NCBI GenBank assembly: GCA_028534125.1
Contig: CM052842.1
Location: 15,190,001 to 15,254,000, forward strand
Direction of reading: 5' to 3'
Length of the DNA stretch: 64,000 nt
Origin: Lama glama
Lineage: Eukaryota
The position numbers and the translations under genes are program-made. Numbering within the stretch: position 1 is the stretch's first letter; each line of letters begins with the position of its first letter. Below, in pieces: positions 1 to 13,000 of the stretch. The notes beneath the pieces were generated by a model. That model did not search any database, was not told where the DNA came from, and saw only the letters and a program-made list of their open reading frames with translations.

Positions 1-830
1 CTTAGCATAATTTTTTTTGAGATCCAGCCACATTTATGCATCTGTTGGTAGTTCATTGTTATTCTTCTCCTATCTTTAGTATAACTTCCTTAATTTTAAC
101 CTTACATGATTTATTAAATTTTTTTTATTTTGAAATAATTTTGACTTACTGAAAATTGGCAAAAATATTACATCCAGCTTCTCTTTATGTTAACATCTAG
201 GAAATATATGTATTTCTTCTAATCCCTGTATACACAGATATCTATATTTATTTCTATATCTATCAATCTGTATATGCATAAATATGTGTAGATATATAGA
301 TTCTAATATACACACACATTAGAGGAAACATGAGGTCACATTCATGTCTCTGACTCCACTCCAACAATATCACAGGGTTCATTCTAACATCTCCTCTTTG
401 TTAATTTGCAACTTCTTTCTCTGACAGTGGGAAACCTGGCTCTCATTATCTGCAGTTTATTTAATCAACTGTTCAGTCTTAGTACACATGTAAGGTAGTT
501 TCAGAATAATTTTCCATATCCCCGTGAAAAACAAATTTTCCAGCTAAAGTACAGTGTTTGCACACAGTTTTTATCTTTAACCATGCAGTATATAGTCAAA
601 ACATTTTTTCCTGCAGGTATGTCTTATGAGTTTTATAAAGTACATAGAGTCATGTGTCTACCACCACAGTAACATCAACTTACTAGTTACATCACCCTAG
701 TAGTTCACTATGTTTTAGGAGTATTCCATTGGAAACAGATACCATCATTTAGTTATTCATTTGCTTATTGCTAGATATTAGGCTTGTTTCCAGGTTTGGC
801 TCTTATAGATGTGTCTGCAGTGAACAGACC
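1..830 (-). mobile_element. Old LINE1 (L1M-type) 3' fragments
   Basis: Typical reverse L1 3' motifs (cttagcataatttttttgagatcca..., tattttgaaataattttgacttac, gtttccaggtttggct). Confidence 0.55.
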
Positions 831-1149
831 TTTGATTATAAGCTCATAAATGGCTGATTTTAATTTGTGGGCATTCCCAAGATCTAAATTAAGAATGCTT
901 TCCTCCAGGGAAGATTTCTGTGGCCTCTTGCTTGAAGGCTTCCAACTTGGGACCACTTGATCCATCTTTCATGGTCCTTGGTAAATGTAGATTCTAAGAT
1001 TCATCTTCTCTACCCTCCTTCTGTTCCAAGCTAGTCTTCTGATTTACATTGAAGACATATTCATAAAGCAATCTCAGCTTTTGCTTTTACTTGCTTGTCC
1101 CTCAACCACTTTGAGGTTATCCATCATTTTTCTTTTTAAAATATCTTTA

Positions 1150-1385
1150 GAGTGGGAAGGGATAAATTTGGGATTTGAGATTTACAAATGTTAGCCACTA
1201 TGTATAAAAATAGATTTTAAAAGAAGTTTCTCCTGTATAGCACAGGGAACTGTTTAATATCTTGCAACAACCTTTAGTGAAAAAGCATATGAAAATGAAT
1301 ATATGTATGTATATGTGTGACTGGGACATTGTGCTGTGCACCAGAAATTGACACAATGTAACTGATGGTGCTTCAATTTCAAAAC
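1150..1385 (+). mobile_element. 5'-truncated L1 3' end (cetartiodactyl type)
   Basis: gggaagggataaatttggga...ctgtatagcacagggaac...gacacaatgtaactga; similar to the copies at 7011, 37132 and 59341. Confidence 0.75.
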
Positions 1386-2122
1386 AACTTCTTTAAAGGA
1401 GAGCTTGGGGATTTCCTTTTCTTTTTTCATTTAAAAAGCACACTTTTACAAGGGATTGATTGTTTTTTAGAAAATAGGCCATTAGTAGTGGAAATTCATG
1501 CCTTGTCCTTTTAAATGTCTTTGTAAATGCTCTACCTAAGTTGGCTTTCTCTTCCCCGAAGCCTAGCTAACTCTGGGGATTCAACCCAGTTGTTACCAAA
1601 TTCCTTCTTCGCTGATTTATTTGCATATTTATTCTTCTGTTGTGTTACCTCTTTAAAATGTAAGAAGTTATTTATCTTTTTCACCTTAGGTCATAAATAG
1701 ACTAACAGAAGTTGGGTACCACCTCTGACTTTTTCCATTCCTGTGTGTACACTGCAGGACAATGCCTGGCTCCTAATACAGGTCGGTTGAAAATCTTCTA
1801 TCTTCCACATTTTCTGTCAAAATAGTGTGTGCATAGTTGGAGATTTGGAGATAATGTGTGTTTAATGGAGAATTTGCTGGCGGTAGAGGTGAAAATGGGG
1901 AGTTGAGTTTTCTTAGCAAATACTCCAAATATGACTTTTTGTGGAAGGATTTCTGGGTGGTATGAAGAATGGAGAAAAGGGGTAGGAAGTTTACATGCTA
2001 ATTTTCTTTGAGAATTCATGCATAGCTAAACAAACGTGGGGCATAAATAGCTTTTTTGTTCTCAGAACTGGCTTTTGCCCTTAAGTAATGACTTCAAGTG
2101 GTACATAGTGTATGTAACCATG

Positions 2123-2139
2123 ATGCCCTCTAGTGGCCA
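2123..2139 (-). promoter_or_regulatory. CTCF binding motif
   Basis: Minus strand reads TGGCCACTAGAGGGCAT, a near-consensus CTCF core (CCASYAGRKGGC). Confidence 0.7.
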
Positions 2140-2730
2140 TTTTCTGCCAGAGCAAAGAAGAGAACTGAGGTGGTAGGTAGATCCGCTGGGTACTCAGATT
2201 TGCAGATACTATATTTTTTAAGTCAAAGCTGTCCACACAGAAATCCAAAAAAAGTTTCCCTTTCTTCAGAAAACATTCCACTCATAAAAGAACATAATAT
2301 TGGTTGAAGAAATAAAACCCATTCCCTTTAAAAAAAATTTTATAAATACTAAAATGTGATTTTTCCCACCAAAATATTGACATTTGCTGTATGACAGTCA
2401 GAAAAGTGACTTACACATAACCCTTGCCCCCAAAGAGCTTAGAATATTATGGGAATACAGACATATAATAAAAAAATGATTTCTCCCTGAGATACAATTA
2501 ATAATATGAGTTTGCACAAAATCCAAAAGGAGAAGAGAAGATAAACCAAAGACAGTGTAAAGATGAAGTGACCTTTGGTTTATGCTCTGAAGGGTGGATA
2601 TGTATCTGTTAGGTGGGGGAGCCGGAGAAGGGCATTCCAGGCAGATGAAGAACATGGTACAACAGCTTGGAAGGGCAAAGAACACAGCCTCCTTGGGTCC
2701 TTTCTGGTAAGGGCTTCATCATAGGCTACC

Positions 2731-3266
2731 TGTGGGGCTTTGGCAGAAAAAAATTGAAAGGAGATGAGCACAGATAAGGCAGAGGCGTGAGTGAACCCAC
2801 ACTCCTGGGCTCTCTGTGCCTGGAGCCGATTGACAGCTTAACCCCCACTCCCCACTGCAGGACCCTCGCATACCTGCATTTCTGCAAGATCAAAACATCT
2901 TCCCTTGATGTGTGTTTACCCTAACAAAACTAACTGCCCCAGGAAATAGCCATCTCACAATACCCCAGCAGGCAGGTCTCAGGGCACATCCTGACCTTAT
3001 CGGAGTGTAAATTCTATTATTCAGGGTAGCCCCCGACAGATCTTACAACCAGTCAGGTACCTGTGATAAACAGATCATGCAGCCCCCTCCCCCTTGTGTT
3101 CACAGCCCCTTCCGCCCAGTAAAAGACCCTGCACGCTCACACAGACACCTCTGACCTGTGTGGTTCGCTGTTGTCTATGACAATGTACCTAATAAATGCC
3201 TTTCCTATTTTCACGCTTTGTCTTCGGTAAATTCACCCACATGCCAGGCCACTGTGTCCCCCAACA
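2731..3266 (+). mobile_element. Solo LTR, probably ERV1 class
   Basis: Termini TGTGGGG...CCCCAACA (short inverted repeat); TATA-like cagtaaaaga at ~3117; AATAAA at 3191-3196. TSD not clean. Confidence 0.65.
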
Positions 3267-3740
3267 TAATATAAGGAATTTGGGTTTGTGTGTTGGAAAC
3301 AAGAGATCACAGATAGATTTTAACCTGGAGAGTGATTAGATTTTGTTTTAAATGCGAGCTCTCTTGTATTACTGGGGAGGAGAGACTGGGGGAGGCATTA
3401 ACAGTGCAAGTCTGTTGTAATACTCCAGGAGGCGCCTATCCAGATGTTGCCGTGGAGATGGAGAGTGGGAGGAAAATTACAGAGAGACTCTGTGATGCCC
3501 TTGAACAGAATTGGTGACCAACTGAACGTAGGAGGTGGGAGGAATGGGAGGGTGAGAAATATTGTCTGTCTGCCTAGATAAAATACGATTAACCAATAAA
3601 AAATATATACAGGGGAGGAGCAGACTGGGGCAGAGGGTGATGAAGACAAAGATAGTGAGTTCATTGGAGAGTAAGTTCAATATGAGATGTCTATAACACG
3701 TGTTGAGAGATTTTACTAGACACTTGGAAATATGAGTCTG

Positions 3741-3779
3741 GAGAGAGAGAGAGAAAGAGAGAGGGAGAGAGAAAGAGAG
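3741..3779. repeat. (GA)n microsatellite
   Basis: gagagagagagagaaagagagagggagagagaaagagag. Confidence 0.85.
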
Positions 3780-3807
3780 GTCTAGAATGATGCTACTTAT
3801 GGGAGAA

Positions 3808-4800
3808 CGTGGGGGATTTCTCTACCCTGTGAATGTTCTTGACTTAGTGATTCTAATCACTGATGAAGAGAGAAGGATGGAAATGACAGTGATAATTTCA
3901 GAGACTAGATTATAAAAAGCACTTGGATTCCTGCTTCTTTCTCTTGTGACTGAAATAAAATGCACAGCCTAAAAGCTGAAGAGTCCTGTTTTCCTCGGTG
4001 GATTCATCGGTGGATTTCCTGAGGACGCAGCCCGGGAGGCAGCCTCTCAGGTTCCTCTAAGAGGCTGTTCCAAAGTGGCAAGGTAGGAGCCAGGATATAT
4101 TGGCGTTTTTGCAACAAAGACCAGGTAGTCAGAATGTTAAAAGATTACTGTTAATTAAACAAAACCAGACATCTCAAGTTAAGGAAGTTAGTGCTTTTCT
4201 ATGTGTGGGAAGGCGCAGAGGTCTGGGCTCATCGAAATCATTCCTCTGGTCTGCACCTAGCCATCTAGGGCCAGTCTCCTGTTCTTTCACACCCCGAGTT
4301 CCCTCAGGGTGCATGGATAGGGGTGGCTACAGAGGATGTGCCGCCTGCTTGTCCATATCCTGAGTTCCCTCCACTAACTGGGGTGGTGGAGGGGTAATGA
4401 CTGATGACTTACTGGCCACAGAATTCTTGGCTTACTGATGTGGTTGGCAATAGTTTTCATTCACACTCTTGGTTCACTTGTTCTGGGAGAAGCCAGTTGC
4501 CATGTTAGCAAGACACTATAAAGAGATCCACATGGAAAAGAATTAATCCTCTGGCCATCGGACAGCAAGGAACTGAGGCCTTTGGCCAACAGCCACCCGA
4601 GTGAGTTTGGAAGAGGATCTTTGGCTTCAGTCAAACTGTGAGACGACTGCAGCCCTGATCAACATCTTGGCTGCAAACTTGTGAACGACCCTGAGACAGA
4701 ACCCCCAGCCAAACTGCCCCTTAACTTCTGATCCACACATACTGTGTTAAGCTGCTAGATTTGGGGATAATGTGTTGTGCTGCAATACATAACCAACACA
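3808..4800 (+). mobile_element. MaLR LTR (MLT1 family), split by a younger LTR
   Basis: gaagccagttgccatg, gcaaggaactgaggcc, actgcagccctg, and 3' end ttaagctgctagatttggggataatgtgttgtgctgcaatacataaccaacaca. Confidence 0.75.
3945..4465 (-). mobile_element. ERV1-class solo LTR (MER41-like, tentative)
   Basis: TG...CA termini with an imperfect inverted repeat (TGTGACTGAAA / TTTCATTCACA) and a perfect 4-bp TSD CTCT (3941-3944, 4466-4469). Confidence 0.8.
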
Positions 4801-5474
4801 CAAGGCCACCTGCAGGTACAAGGAGGATGGCGCCCCTGGCTGTAACTCTATTGCTAGGAAGAAGAGAAAGGATCTCTGTAGATAACGAGTTCGCTTCTCC
4901 ACCCTATGATAATTAATTTGGGTTGTATTGAAAATACAATGGGAAGCTGCTGCATGGACAGAGGAACGGACTATTCAATGGCTTTGTTATGAAGATAGAG
5001 CAGGGTTAGGGAGGAAATGGGCAGATTAATTAGAAAGCTTTTGAAGTCGGTCAGGCAAGAGCTGCTTGTGCTGGGAACCAGGGTGAAGGCAATTGGAAGA
5101 CAGATGTGGGAACACTCAAACTTCATGGATGAGAGAGAGGAAGAAAGGATTAAAATTTCTCATCATTCTCAGAAAGTGTCTAGGCAAAGAGAAGAGGCCA
5201 AAGGATGAACCCGAACAAGACAAAGACCTTCTGAAGCGGTGTGTGAAATGAGGTGAGTGGGCAAGACACTGGCCCAGAGTCTTTCTCAAATCTACCCACT
5301 GACCTGTGTGATTTTGTTTTTGATCTGATTTCTGAGTAAGGGTGCTGAGTGTGCTTGAAGCAACCAGCTGTAGCAGAAGTGATGCAAACTTGCATCCCCA
5401 AAGCCAGACCAAAGTCTGGGTTCAAAGTGAGAATGAAAGCTGCTCTATTTTGATCCAAGCTCCAACATTACACA

Positions 5475-5660
5475 TATTATCTCATATAGTTCTCATTGCA
5501 ACCTCATGGGAGAGGTCTGTTACAAGTCTCATTTCACAGAGCAGTAAACTGAGGCTCGGAGAGAATAAGGGACTTGAGCAAGATCACAAAGCTTACAAGC
5601 GGCAAAGTAGGATTTGAACTCGGGTATGTCTAAGTCCTCACTCTTAAACCCCTAAGCTCC
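5475..5660 (-). mobile_element. MIR SINE
   Basis: MIR core catttcacagagcagtaaactgaggctc...aggatttgaactc. Confidence 0.7.
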
Positions 5661-6510
5661 ATGGCTGTATAAAGCAGGTGCTCAATAAACATTGAATGAA
5701 TAAATGAATGAGTCGAGGGGTTACACTTCTGGCCCTTCTCCCCACCTCTGCTCAGAACCCGGCACCTCTGTGACACTTCCAACCTGGCCAGCTTTGGGAA
5801 CTCGAGGAGACAGCTCTCCTGGATGTTATGTTGGCCTTTTCTGGATGGGTGTTGACAGTGACAATGGAAAACCTATCTCAAGCAATTTGATGTACAAATA
5901 TAGACTTAGAAAAATGAACCAGACACAAAGAAGAGAATATAGAAGTTTTTGCATGATGTCAGTAGCTAACAGACCATGAGGACAGGTGAGCTTTCACTTC
6001 ACAGGATTCTCAAAATGCTTGGGGGAGGGATTTCAAGGGACAGTGCGGGATTCTGCATGTGTCAAGGTGAAGAACAAAACCTTTGCTTATAGACGTAAAG
6101 GTCACCGCATTTGTATCTGCAGACAAGAAGGAGCTGGTGACTTTGAGTTACAGTAGTGTTGGACCTAGGGAGTAACTTGTGCAGAATTGATAAGGCATTG
6201 ATCTGAATAAACCTGAGTAGACTTGAATGCAGAAGCTTAGAGCTGGAAAGACTCTTAGAGGTCATAGACTTCAGCCCTCTGGCTTAAATGTGAACACAAC
6301 TCGGTAGAAATGGCAATTATTTCTCTCATACTGGCCTCAGAATGATACATTATATTCTACATTTACTTAAAATTTCAGCTTTGGCACAGAATGAAAATAT
6401 TTTATGAACATTTTTCATGTATTTCTCTGACATTAACTAGAATTTGAGGTCAAAGATTCAGCCTATTGACAGTGGCCTAATATTTTGGAAGCATAATAAT
6501 AATAAAAAAA

Positions 6511-7010
6511 NNNNNNNNNNNNNNNNNNNNNNNNNNNNNNNNNNNNNNNNNNNNNNNNNNNNNNNNNNNNNNNNNNNNNNNNNNNNNNNNNNNNNNNNNN
6601 NNNNNNNNNNNNNNNNNNNNNNNNNNNNNNNNNNNNNNNNNNNNNNNNNNNNNNNNNNNNNNNNNNNNNNNNNNNNNNNNNNNNNNNNNNNNNNNNNNNN
6701 NNNNNNNNNNNNNNNNNNNNNNNNNNNNNNNNNNNNNNNNNNNNNNNNNNNNNNNNNNNNNNNNNNNNNNNNNNNNNNNNNNNNNNNNNNNNNNNNNNNN
6801 NNNNNNNNNNNNNNNNNNNNNNNNNNNNNNNNNNNNNNNNNNNNNNNNNNNNNNNNNNNNNNNNNNNNNNNNNNNNNNNNNNNNNNNNNNNNNNNNNNNN
6901 NNNNNNNNNNNNNNNNNNNNNNNNNNNNNNNNNNNNNNNNNNNNNNNNNNNNNNNNNNNNNNNNNNNNNNNNNNNNNNNNNNNNNNNNNNNNNNNNNNNN
7001 NNNNNNNNNN
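6511..7010. other. Assembly gap (500 N)
   Basis: Run of N. Confidence 0.99.
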
Positions 7011-7370
7011 GCTCATATGTGGAATCTAAAAAAAAAAAAAAAAGGAAAAACATAAATACAAAATAGAAACAGACTCATAGACATAGAATTCAAACTTGTA
7101 GTTGCCAAGGGGACGGCGGGTGGGAAGGGACAGACTGGGATTTCAAAATGTAGAACAGATAAACAAGATTATACTGTATAGCACAGGGAAATATATACAA
7201 GATCTTGTGGTAGCTCACAGCAAAAAAAAATGTGACAATGAATATATGTATGTTCATGTATAACTGAAAAATTGTGCTCTACACTGGAATTTGACACAAC
7301 ATTGTAAAATGACTATAACTCAATAAAAAAAAGTTTAAAAAAATAGAGAAAAAACAATAAAACACCTTTT
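7011..7370 (+). mobile_element. L1 3' end with A-rich tail, abutting a gap
   Basis: atatgtggaatctaaaaa...gaaacagactcatagacataga...tgtatagcacagggaa...gactataactcaataaaaaaa. Confidence 0.85.
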
Positions 7371-9911
7371 TAAACATTAAAAAAAAAACAAAGTTAAGAA
7401 ATTCAGAAATTAAAACATTGATGAGAAGCCCAGAGTGGTCAGTCAACAGGACTGTTTTCATTCAGTGAGACACAAACCAAGATCTCCCAGAGGACACTTT
7501 GAGGTCCCTTTCTTTATGGAGTTTATAGAAGTCCTGCGGTTGTGGTCTCCTGGACAGTAAGCAGCCCTCCGGGATGGTCTCTGATCGTGCCCGTGCTGTG
7601 CTCTTCCCAAAGCCTTTCCAGTGACTGAGCTTGGCTCTCTGGGTTCGGGGCAGCTGGGACTGATTACGACATGGCATCTAGGAAACTTGTACATCTGACA
7701 TTTGTCTTCTAGAAAACCATCAGCCTGTCCGCAGCTCCTGGGAACTGCCTCGTCTTTGATTCCCTCCTTGAAGGCTGAGTAATCCCATTTCCCCGCCGGA
7801 CAGGAGGGGCTGGGTGAGGTCATTATGGCGATTCACAAGCAACATGCTGGGCTGTAGCTCCCAGAGGAGCTTGAAATATTGATTTTATGCATGTCACGCT
7901 AAAGACTGAACGGTTGTAGTCCTGCTTTATATATTACTTCTCGAAGATTTAAAACAAGATGGCTTTGCCACCAGCATAGCTGACATATTTTAATTAATCT
8001 TTATGAAAAGAGTTTGACATGTTTAAATGAGCTCATCCAAAGAGAATCAGTTATCCTTCTCTGATATTGAATATATTGGAATGAAGCATGGTTTATGAAG
8101 AAGAGAAAGCGCACTTTCATTTCTTCATTTTTCTTGGGTAGTTCTGTCCTCTGCAAAATGGGTTATGATCTAGAAAGTCCGTAAGAGTGTGTTGTATGAC
8201 ATATGTTGCTATGCCTTGCAATACAGAGAAATGGGTGAACGCCCACTCTAGGATGATGGGGTGACGTCCATTTGATGCAGATTGTCTTCTCCAAGTTCTC
8301 TCGTGGATATTGCTGCAGAGCTTTCTAGAGAAGACTGGAAGCCACGAAACTAGGGGGGTGCTCTACTATGCCTTTGGAAAAGTTAGGCAATTAAAGGCTT
8401 ACGTCATTTGTGGGAAACATGACTGATGGCTCAAATGAAATTATTATAAGTTATTTCTTTTGAGTTTATAGGTTGCGTATTTTTTCTCTCAAGGGCCAGA
8501 ACCATTAACTCCAATGTGAGAGTGCTGGCACTCTAGGGGATTATAACAAGTGAAATGGGCTGAAAAACCAGTACCTCAGTGGGCAGTTATGAGCGCTGAA
8601 TGAGATAAAGTGTGTAAGGATATTTGGAATGGAAATCAATCTAATTAGAACTGAAGTTATCCCTTTAGGATGGTGGAGCATAAATCAGACCTAAGACAGA
8701 GTTGAAGGCTCCTCTCTCAATAATTCTAGGGTTCTTGTTTCTACAAAGGGTGAGGTTAAAGTCATGCTGAAAGGAGACATACCATTTTTCATGATACCAA
8801 GATAGACCCTGTTTTTTGGTTTTGACTTGTTTTGTTTGTTTTGTTTCTGAGGCAAAATCAGTCCTTGCCCTGAGTTGCTCCCCTTTTTAAGGTAAACTCA
8901 CGAGGATGTCAGCTGAACCCCTTGATGGCAGAAGATAAAACTTGGAACATTCACTTTTTGCCTTATTCATGGGACTCTGACCCAGCTCTGTCCTCAAAGT
9001 CACACAGGAACAAGTAGAGAAGAACCTCCATTAGCTGCAGGCTAATATCTCAGGCACTAAGTTTATAAAAGTTAAGTAGAGACTTTGTTGGGAGAAGGTG
9101 GAACTGTCTGAGAGACCAAACTGGACATTGGAGTGGAGGATTTGAAAGAGGGTTGTTTAAAAAAAAAGAGAAGAGAATGTTAAAGAAATATAGAGAATTC
9201 ATTTGAAGCACTCTTTTTTCAAGGATTTCTTTTGCTAGTGAGGCATGGAGGAATTCGTAAGGTGGGTAAAGTTACTCCCTCCTCCAGTTACTCTGTAATG
9301 TTGTTCTGAGCCCTACCCTGCCTACCCTTTTGTGTGCGCCCGTGATGGTCCGGGATATTTGGCATGAGTAAGAAAGGTGAGGTGGTTCTCAGGGAAGAGA
9401 AAGTCTCAGTCTCCCACTCACCTTGGGGACTCTAGTGGTGATGCAATTGGGGGAAAGGATTTCCCCACTCTTACCCCTCACCCCACTGCAGATGACCAAA
9501 TGAAGCTCTTATAAGTATCGGGATGATGGCAGCAGGTCAGAGACCCAGAATCTAGTGGCAGAACAGTTCCTCCCAGGCTGGAGACAAAATACAGTTGGAT
9601 TGGGTACCCTCCATAGGCTACAATGAATATCTTCTGTGATAGAAAAGGAGGATTTTGCAGTATTTCAGCTTTGTAAGCACTCAGGAAAAATGTCAGATTA
9701 ATTCTCACATAATGAAATACCATGTCTTCATGGAATTAAATTTGGAGATGCCAAACATCAAAATTGTGGGGCATTTTGCATATCACCTTCATGAGAATAC
9801 CCTTACATACACTGGTTGCTTAGTAAATATTGTCTTGTTAATTTGAATCAGGATAGAGAACCATTTTGTCCACGGAACCCTTGCCTTCTTATCACCATAC
9901 GGGATACTGGT

Positions 9912-10050
9912 GGCGGGAGGGTAGAGCTCAGTGGCAGAGCACGTGCTTAACATGCATGAGGTCCTGGGTTCAATCCCTAGTACCTCTATTAAAAATAACT
10001 AAATAAATAAACCTAATTACCTCCCCTCAGCCCCAAAACAAAACAAAACT
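9912..10050 (+). mobile_element. tRNA-derived SINE, camelid Vic-1-like
   Basis: A box (agctcagtggcagagc), B box (gggttcaatccc), then the tail aaataaataaacctaattacctcccc and (caaaa)n. Confidence 0.8.
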
Positions 10051-13000
10051 TATAACAGGTTGTAAACTTGTAACAGAAATTTGATACCATCTTCCTCAAA
10101 ACACAGAAACATACCCAAACCCAAGGTAATTGTCTTGTCTGCCAGTGGTCATTTATTCTTTCAGCTAAATGACTCACATTGCTTGATCATTTTCGCCTAT
10201 GATCCAATTTATAAAAATCTCTTCTCAGCTTGCAGCACAGTTAGGGTACTTAAGCTTCATACGAAAATGTCTACAAGATGACAAACATTGACTTTTCCGC
10301 TTATTTCTCCCTCAGTCATGCAGAGGACTGAGACCTGTTTGCCCAGTGGGCTTTCTCAAATATCCAGCATCTGGATGATGAAAAATTTGAATTCATATTC
10401 AGGTGTCTTGAAACGTAGACAGCTAATTGTCCCTAATAGTAACTTATTTCAAATGGAGATTTAGAGTTTATAAACAACTTTTATACACATTTCCCCCCAA
10501 GAGTTGAAGAGTACTACCTTCCATAAGCCACTGTGGACTTATTCCTGAACAAAATTGGAAGGTCTGGTGGCAAAGGAAGATCTCTAATATACAATGGTAC
10601 TAGAGTTGTTTGTTACTCAGACCAGGGCAAAGGGAATGAATGGACAATGTCAATGAACATTGTGCTGGTTTTAAGTCTAACAGTTTGAGTGAACTATCCA
10701 GTTCCTAGACTTCTGATGCACAGCTTGGGAGGAAGGGGGCCAATCAAGCTGGCCAGGCTCACAAAGATGAAAGGGGCAAATTTAGACAGAGTGTGGCAGG
10801 AGACCATGCATCAAAAATCGGGCCAGGATAAGGCGGTAAGGCTAGGAACAAGAATCAATAGAAGCAATGCAAACTGAGGCACAGAACTAATAGGAGGGTT
10901 GCTCAGGACCAGGAAAGGAAGCACAGAGCAGTTGGTGTGGACAAGGTGTGAGCTCTGGACCAATCCCAGAGATAATAATTAACAAAACTCTCCAGACTTT
11001 TAGCATCCATTTTGCAAAGTGTAACTTTTATTTAAAGGGTCAGGGCATGACAGTCATAAAGTGCCAGTTCTCATCTGTTCATCAGTTAGTACCTTTACCT
11101 AACATCTCACCCCTCCATCTAACGATCCTGCCATCCTTCCACCCATTTATCCTTTTATTTTTATACATTTACTGAGTACCATTTTGTGCAGAATGATCGT
11201 TTAACATTTTGTGGAGGAGTGAAGGGAGTTGAATGCAACCCGTAAGGTGTTACCTAGAACTTATAATGATTTCAGACTGAGCGTGAGTCTGCTCAGTGGA
11301 CTCTATTATTGATGGATAAAGACTCTTAATTGTGCTTTTATAGAGATTTCTCCTGTGTTTTCTTTCCACTCCTCAAGTTTAGGGGTGATCCCAAAGATGG
11401 TTTACTATACTTGGTAAGGGGGAGTTCAATGGTTTCACCTAGGAAAGAAGCCATCAGTGGGCAGGCAGAGCAGATGTCACAACTTAATGTCATCCTGGTG
11501 GACCAATGGATTAAGAAGTGCCTGCACTTTCCAAAAGTTTTTGAAGAAAAGAGGCAAGAAATTGGTAAGTCGGAGAGAGAGAAGAGAGGAAGTCAAACAT
11601 GAAAGCTTGGAAACAAAGCAACACCCGTTAATACGACTTCAGTGGTTCCTCGTGAGCTGTGATGCGTCGACCACCCTTTAAAACTGAATCATATACCTAG
11701 ATGGGGAATCTGAAATAGCCAAGAACATGTAAATAGGCTTTTATTCTGTAGAAGACACCAATCTTGAGTAATTTAAAATTTGGCCAAATGCCTATGAAAG
11801 CTCTGGATAATCAATAAAAGCACAGTTGCCTCGGGCTTACTGCCCACGTGAAACGTGCTACATGCACCCAGCTAGCCAGGGTGGGGGCAAGGGCTTGGCT
11901 GGTACTTTATTTTTCAGAGTGAGACTACAACTCAGGGAACACTCAAGTCAAATACTGCCATTTTTTCCCCGCTCAGAAAACAACAAAGTACCTTCTCCGG
12001 ACATTTTCAAAGCTATTCGTCAAAGAAGAGAAGGACACAGAACTGAAAGAGGAGTAGAAAACTGGTGGGGAAAAAAATTTCATCCAACTCATGAGATTTA
12101 AGGGTCTTGTAAACCCACAGTCCAATTATACAGGATTGAAGAGATGTGTCAATCAACACAAAGTGTTGGGAAACAAAAATGCCCATGGAAAGGCAGGGCT
12201 TTGTGTTTTTAAGGCAGGTCATATAAATAATTCTTGGACTTTACTTTTGTCCCGAGGTTGAGTGATCTATATTGCATTAACCATTCCAGAGTGGTGCGAA
12301 GTTCAACACTTTTGTCTAAGAATCTGTGTTCCATGTTGCAAGAACTTACCTGTGGCCACCAACCTCATGTCACAAGAGGTATATGGTCAGAACTTAGACA
12401 ATCTCAAGCTTTGATCAAATGAAAGTATTAACTAATTAATACATTTTTCTTAAACAGTATAGGTTAATTTAAAAAAAACTGTTAGTAGTCTCTTCCAAAT
12501 GAATGACTTGTTTTTAATATATTGAATGGTCATCAACTAGTTAGTAACTTGGGTTATAAACAAATTGTTTGAATGAAATGTCCCATTTCAAAACACGGTC
12601 TGACCAATTCAATGACTGTCTATAAAGCTTGGCATTTATAGAGGCACCTTGGCATCTTATTTCAGCCCAACAATTCAAGCTGTCCTGTTAAAAAAAATGT
12701 CAAATTCTTTGGCAGGATATTGTTTTAATAGCTGGTTTCCTGTGTGATTTTTTAATATATTTACCAGATTGGGGGATGTTGTAGAGATGCAGTTTTAATT
12801 AATATCTTCATTGTGGATTTCATCACTGCAGTGTCTAGAGAGAACAGAATAAATCCGAAGGCTCTGCTGGTTACTTTCTAACCCCAAAACAAAACAACCC
12901 CTCCCCACAAAAAAAATTGGAAGTGCTTGTGTTGCAATGAGTTCAGCCTTTAGAAGATTATTATAATAAAAGAGAAAAGGAGAAAGAGGCAGGCTCTTGG

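Larger units (their letters stand above)
2420..3800 (-). mobile_element. LINE2 fragments interrupted by an LTR
   Basis: L2-like purine-rich motifs (agggcattccaggcaga, taaggaatttgggttt, tatgagtctggag) on both sides of the LTR at 2731-3266. Confidence 0.5.

Noticed and set aside
6444-7055. Long ORFs spanning N runs (also 30868-31304, 32336-33274, 37464-37802, 56668-57680)
   Set aside because: Artefacts of translating assembly gaps.
9912-9990. Possible tRNA genes (also 16125-16197)
   Set aside because: tRNA-like heads are followed by a shared SINE tail and lack a proper acceptor stem; they are SINE copies.
11845-11857. Tandem E-box CACGTG-A-AACGTG
   Set aside because: Spacing does not fit the 6-7 nt tandem E-box arrangement; an isolated motif with no other support.
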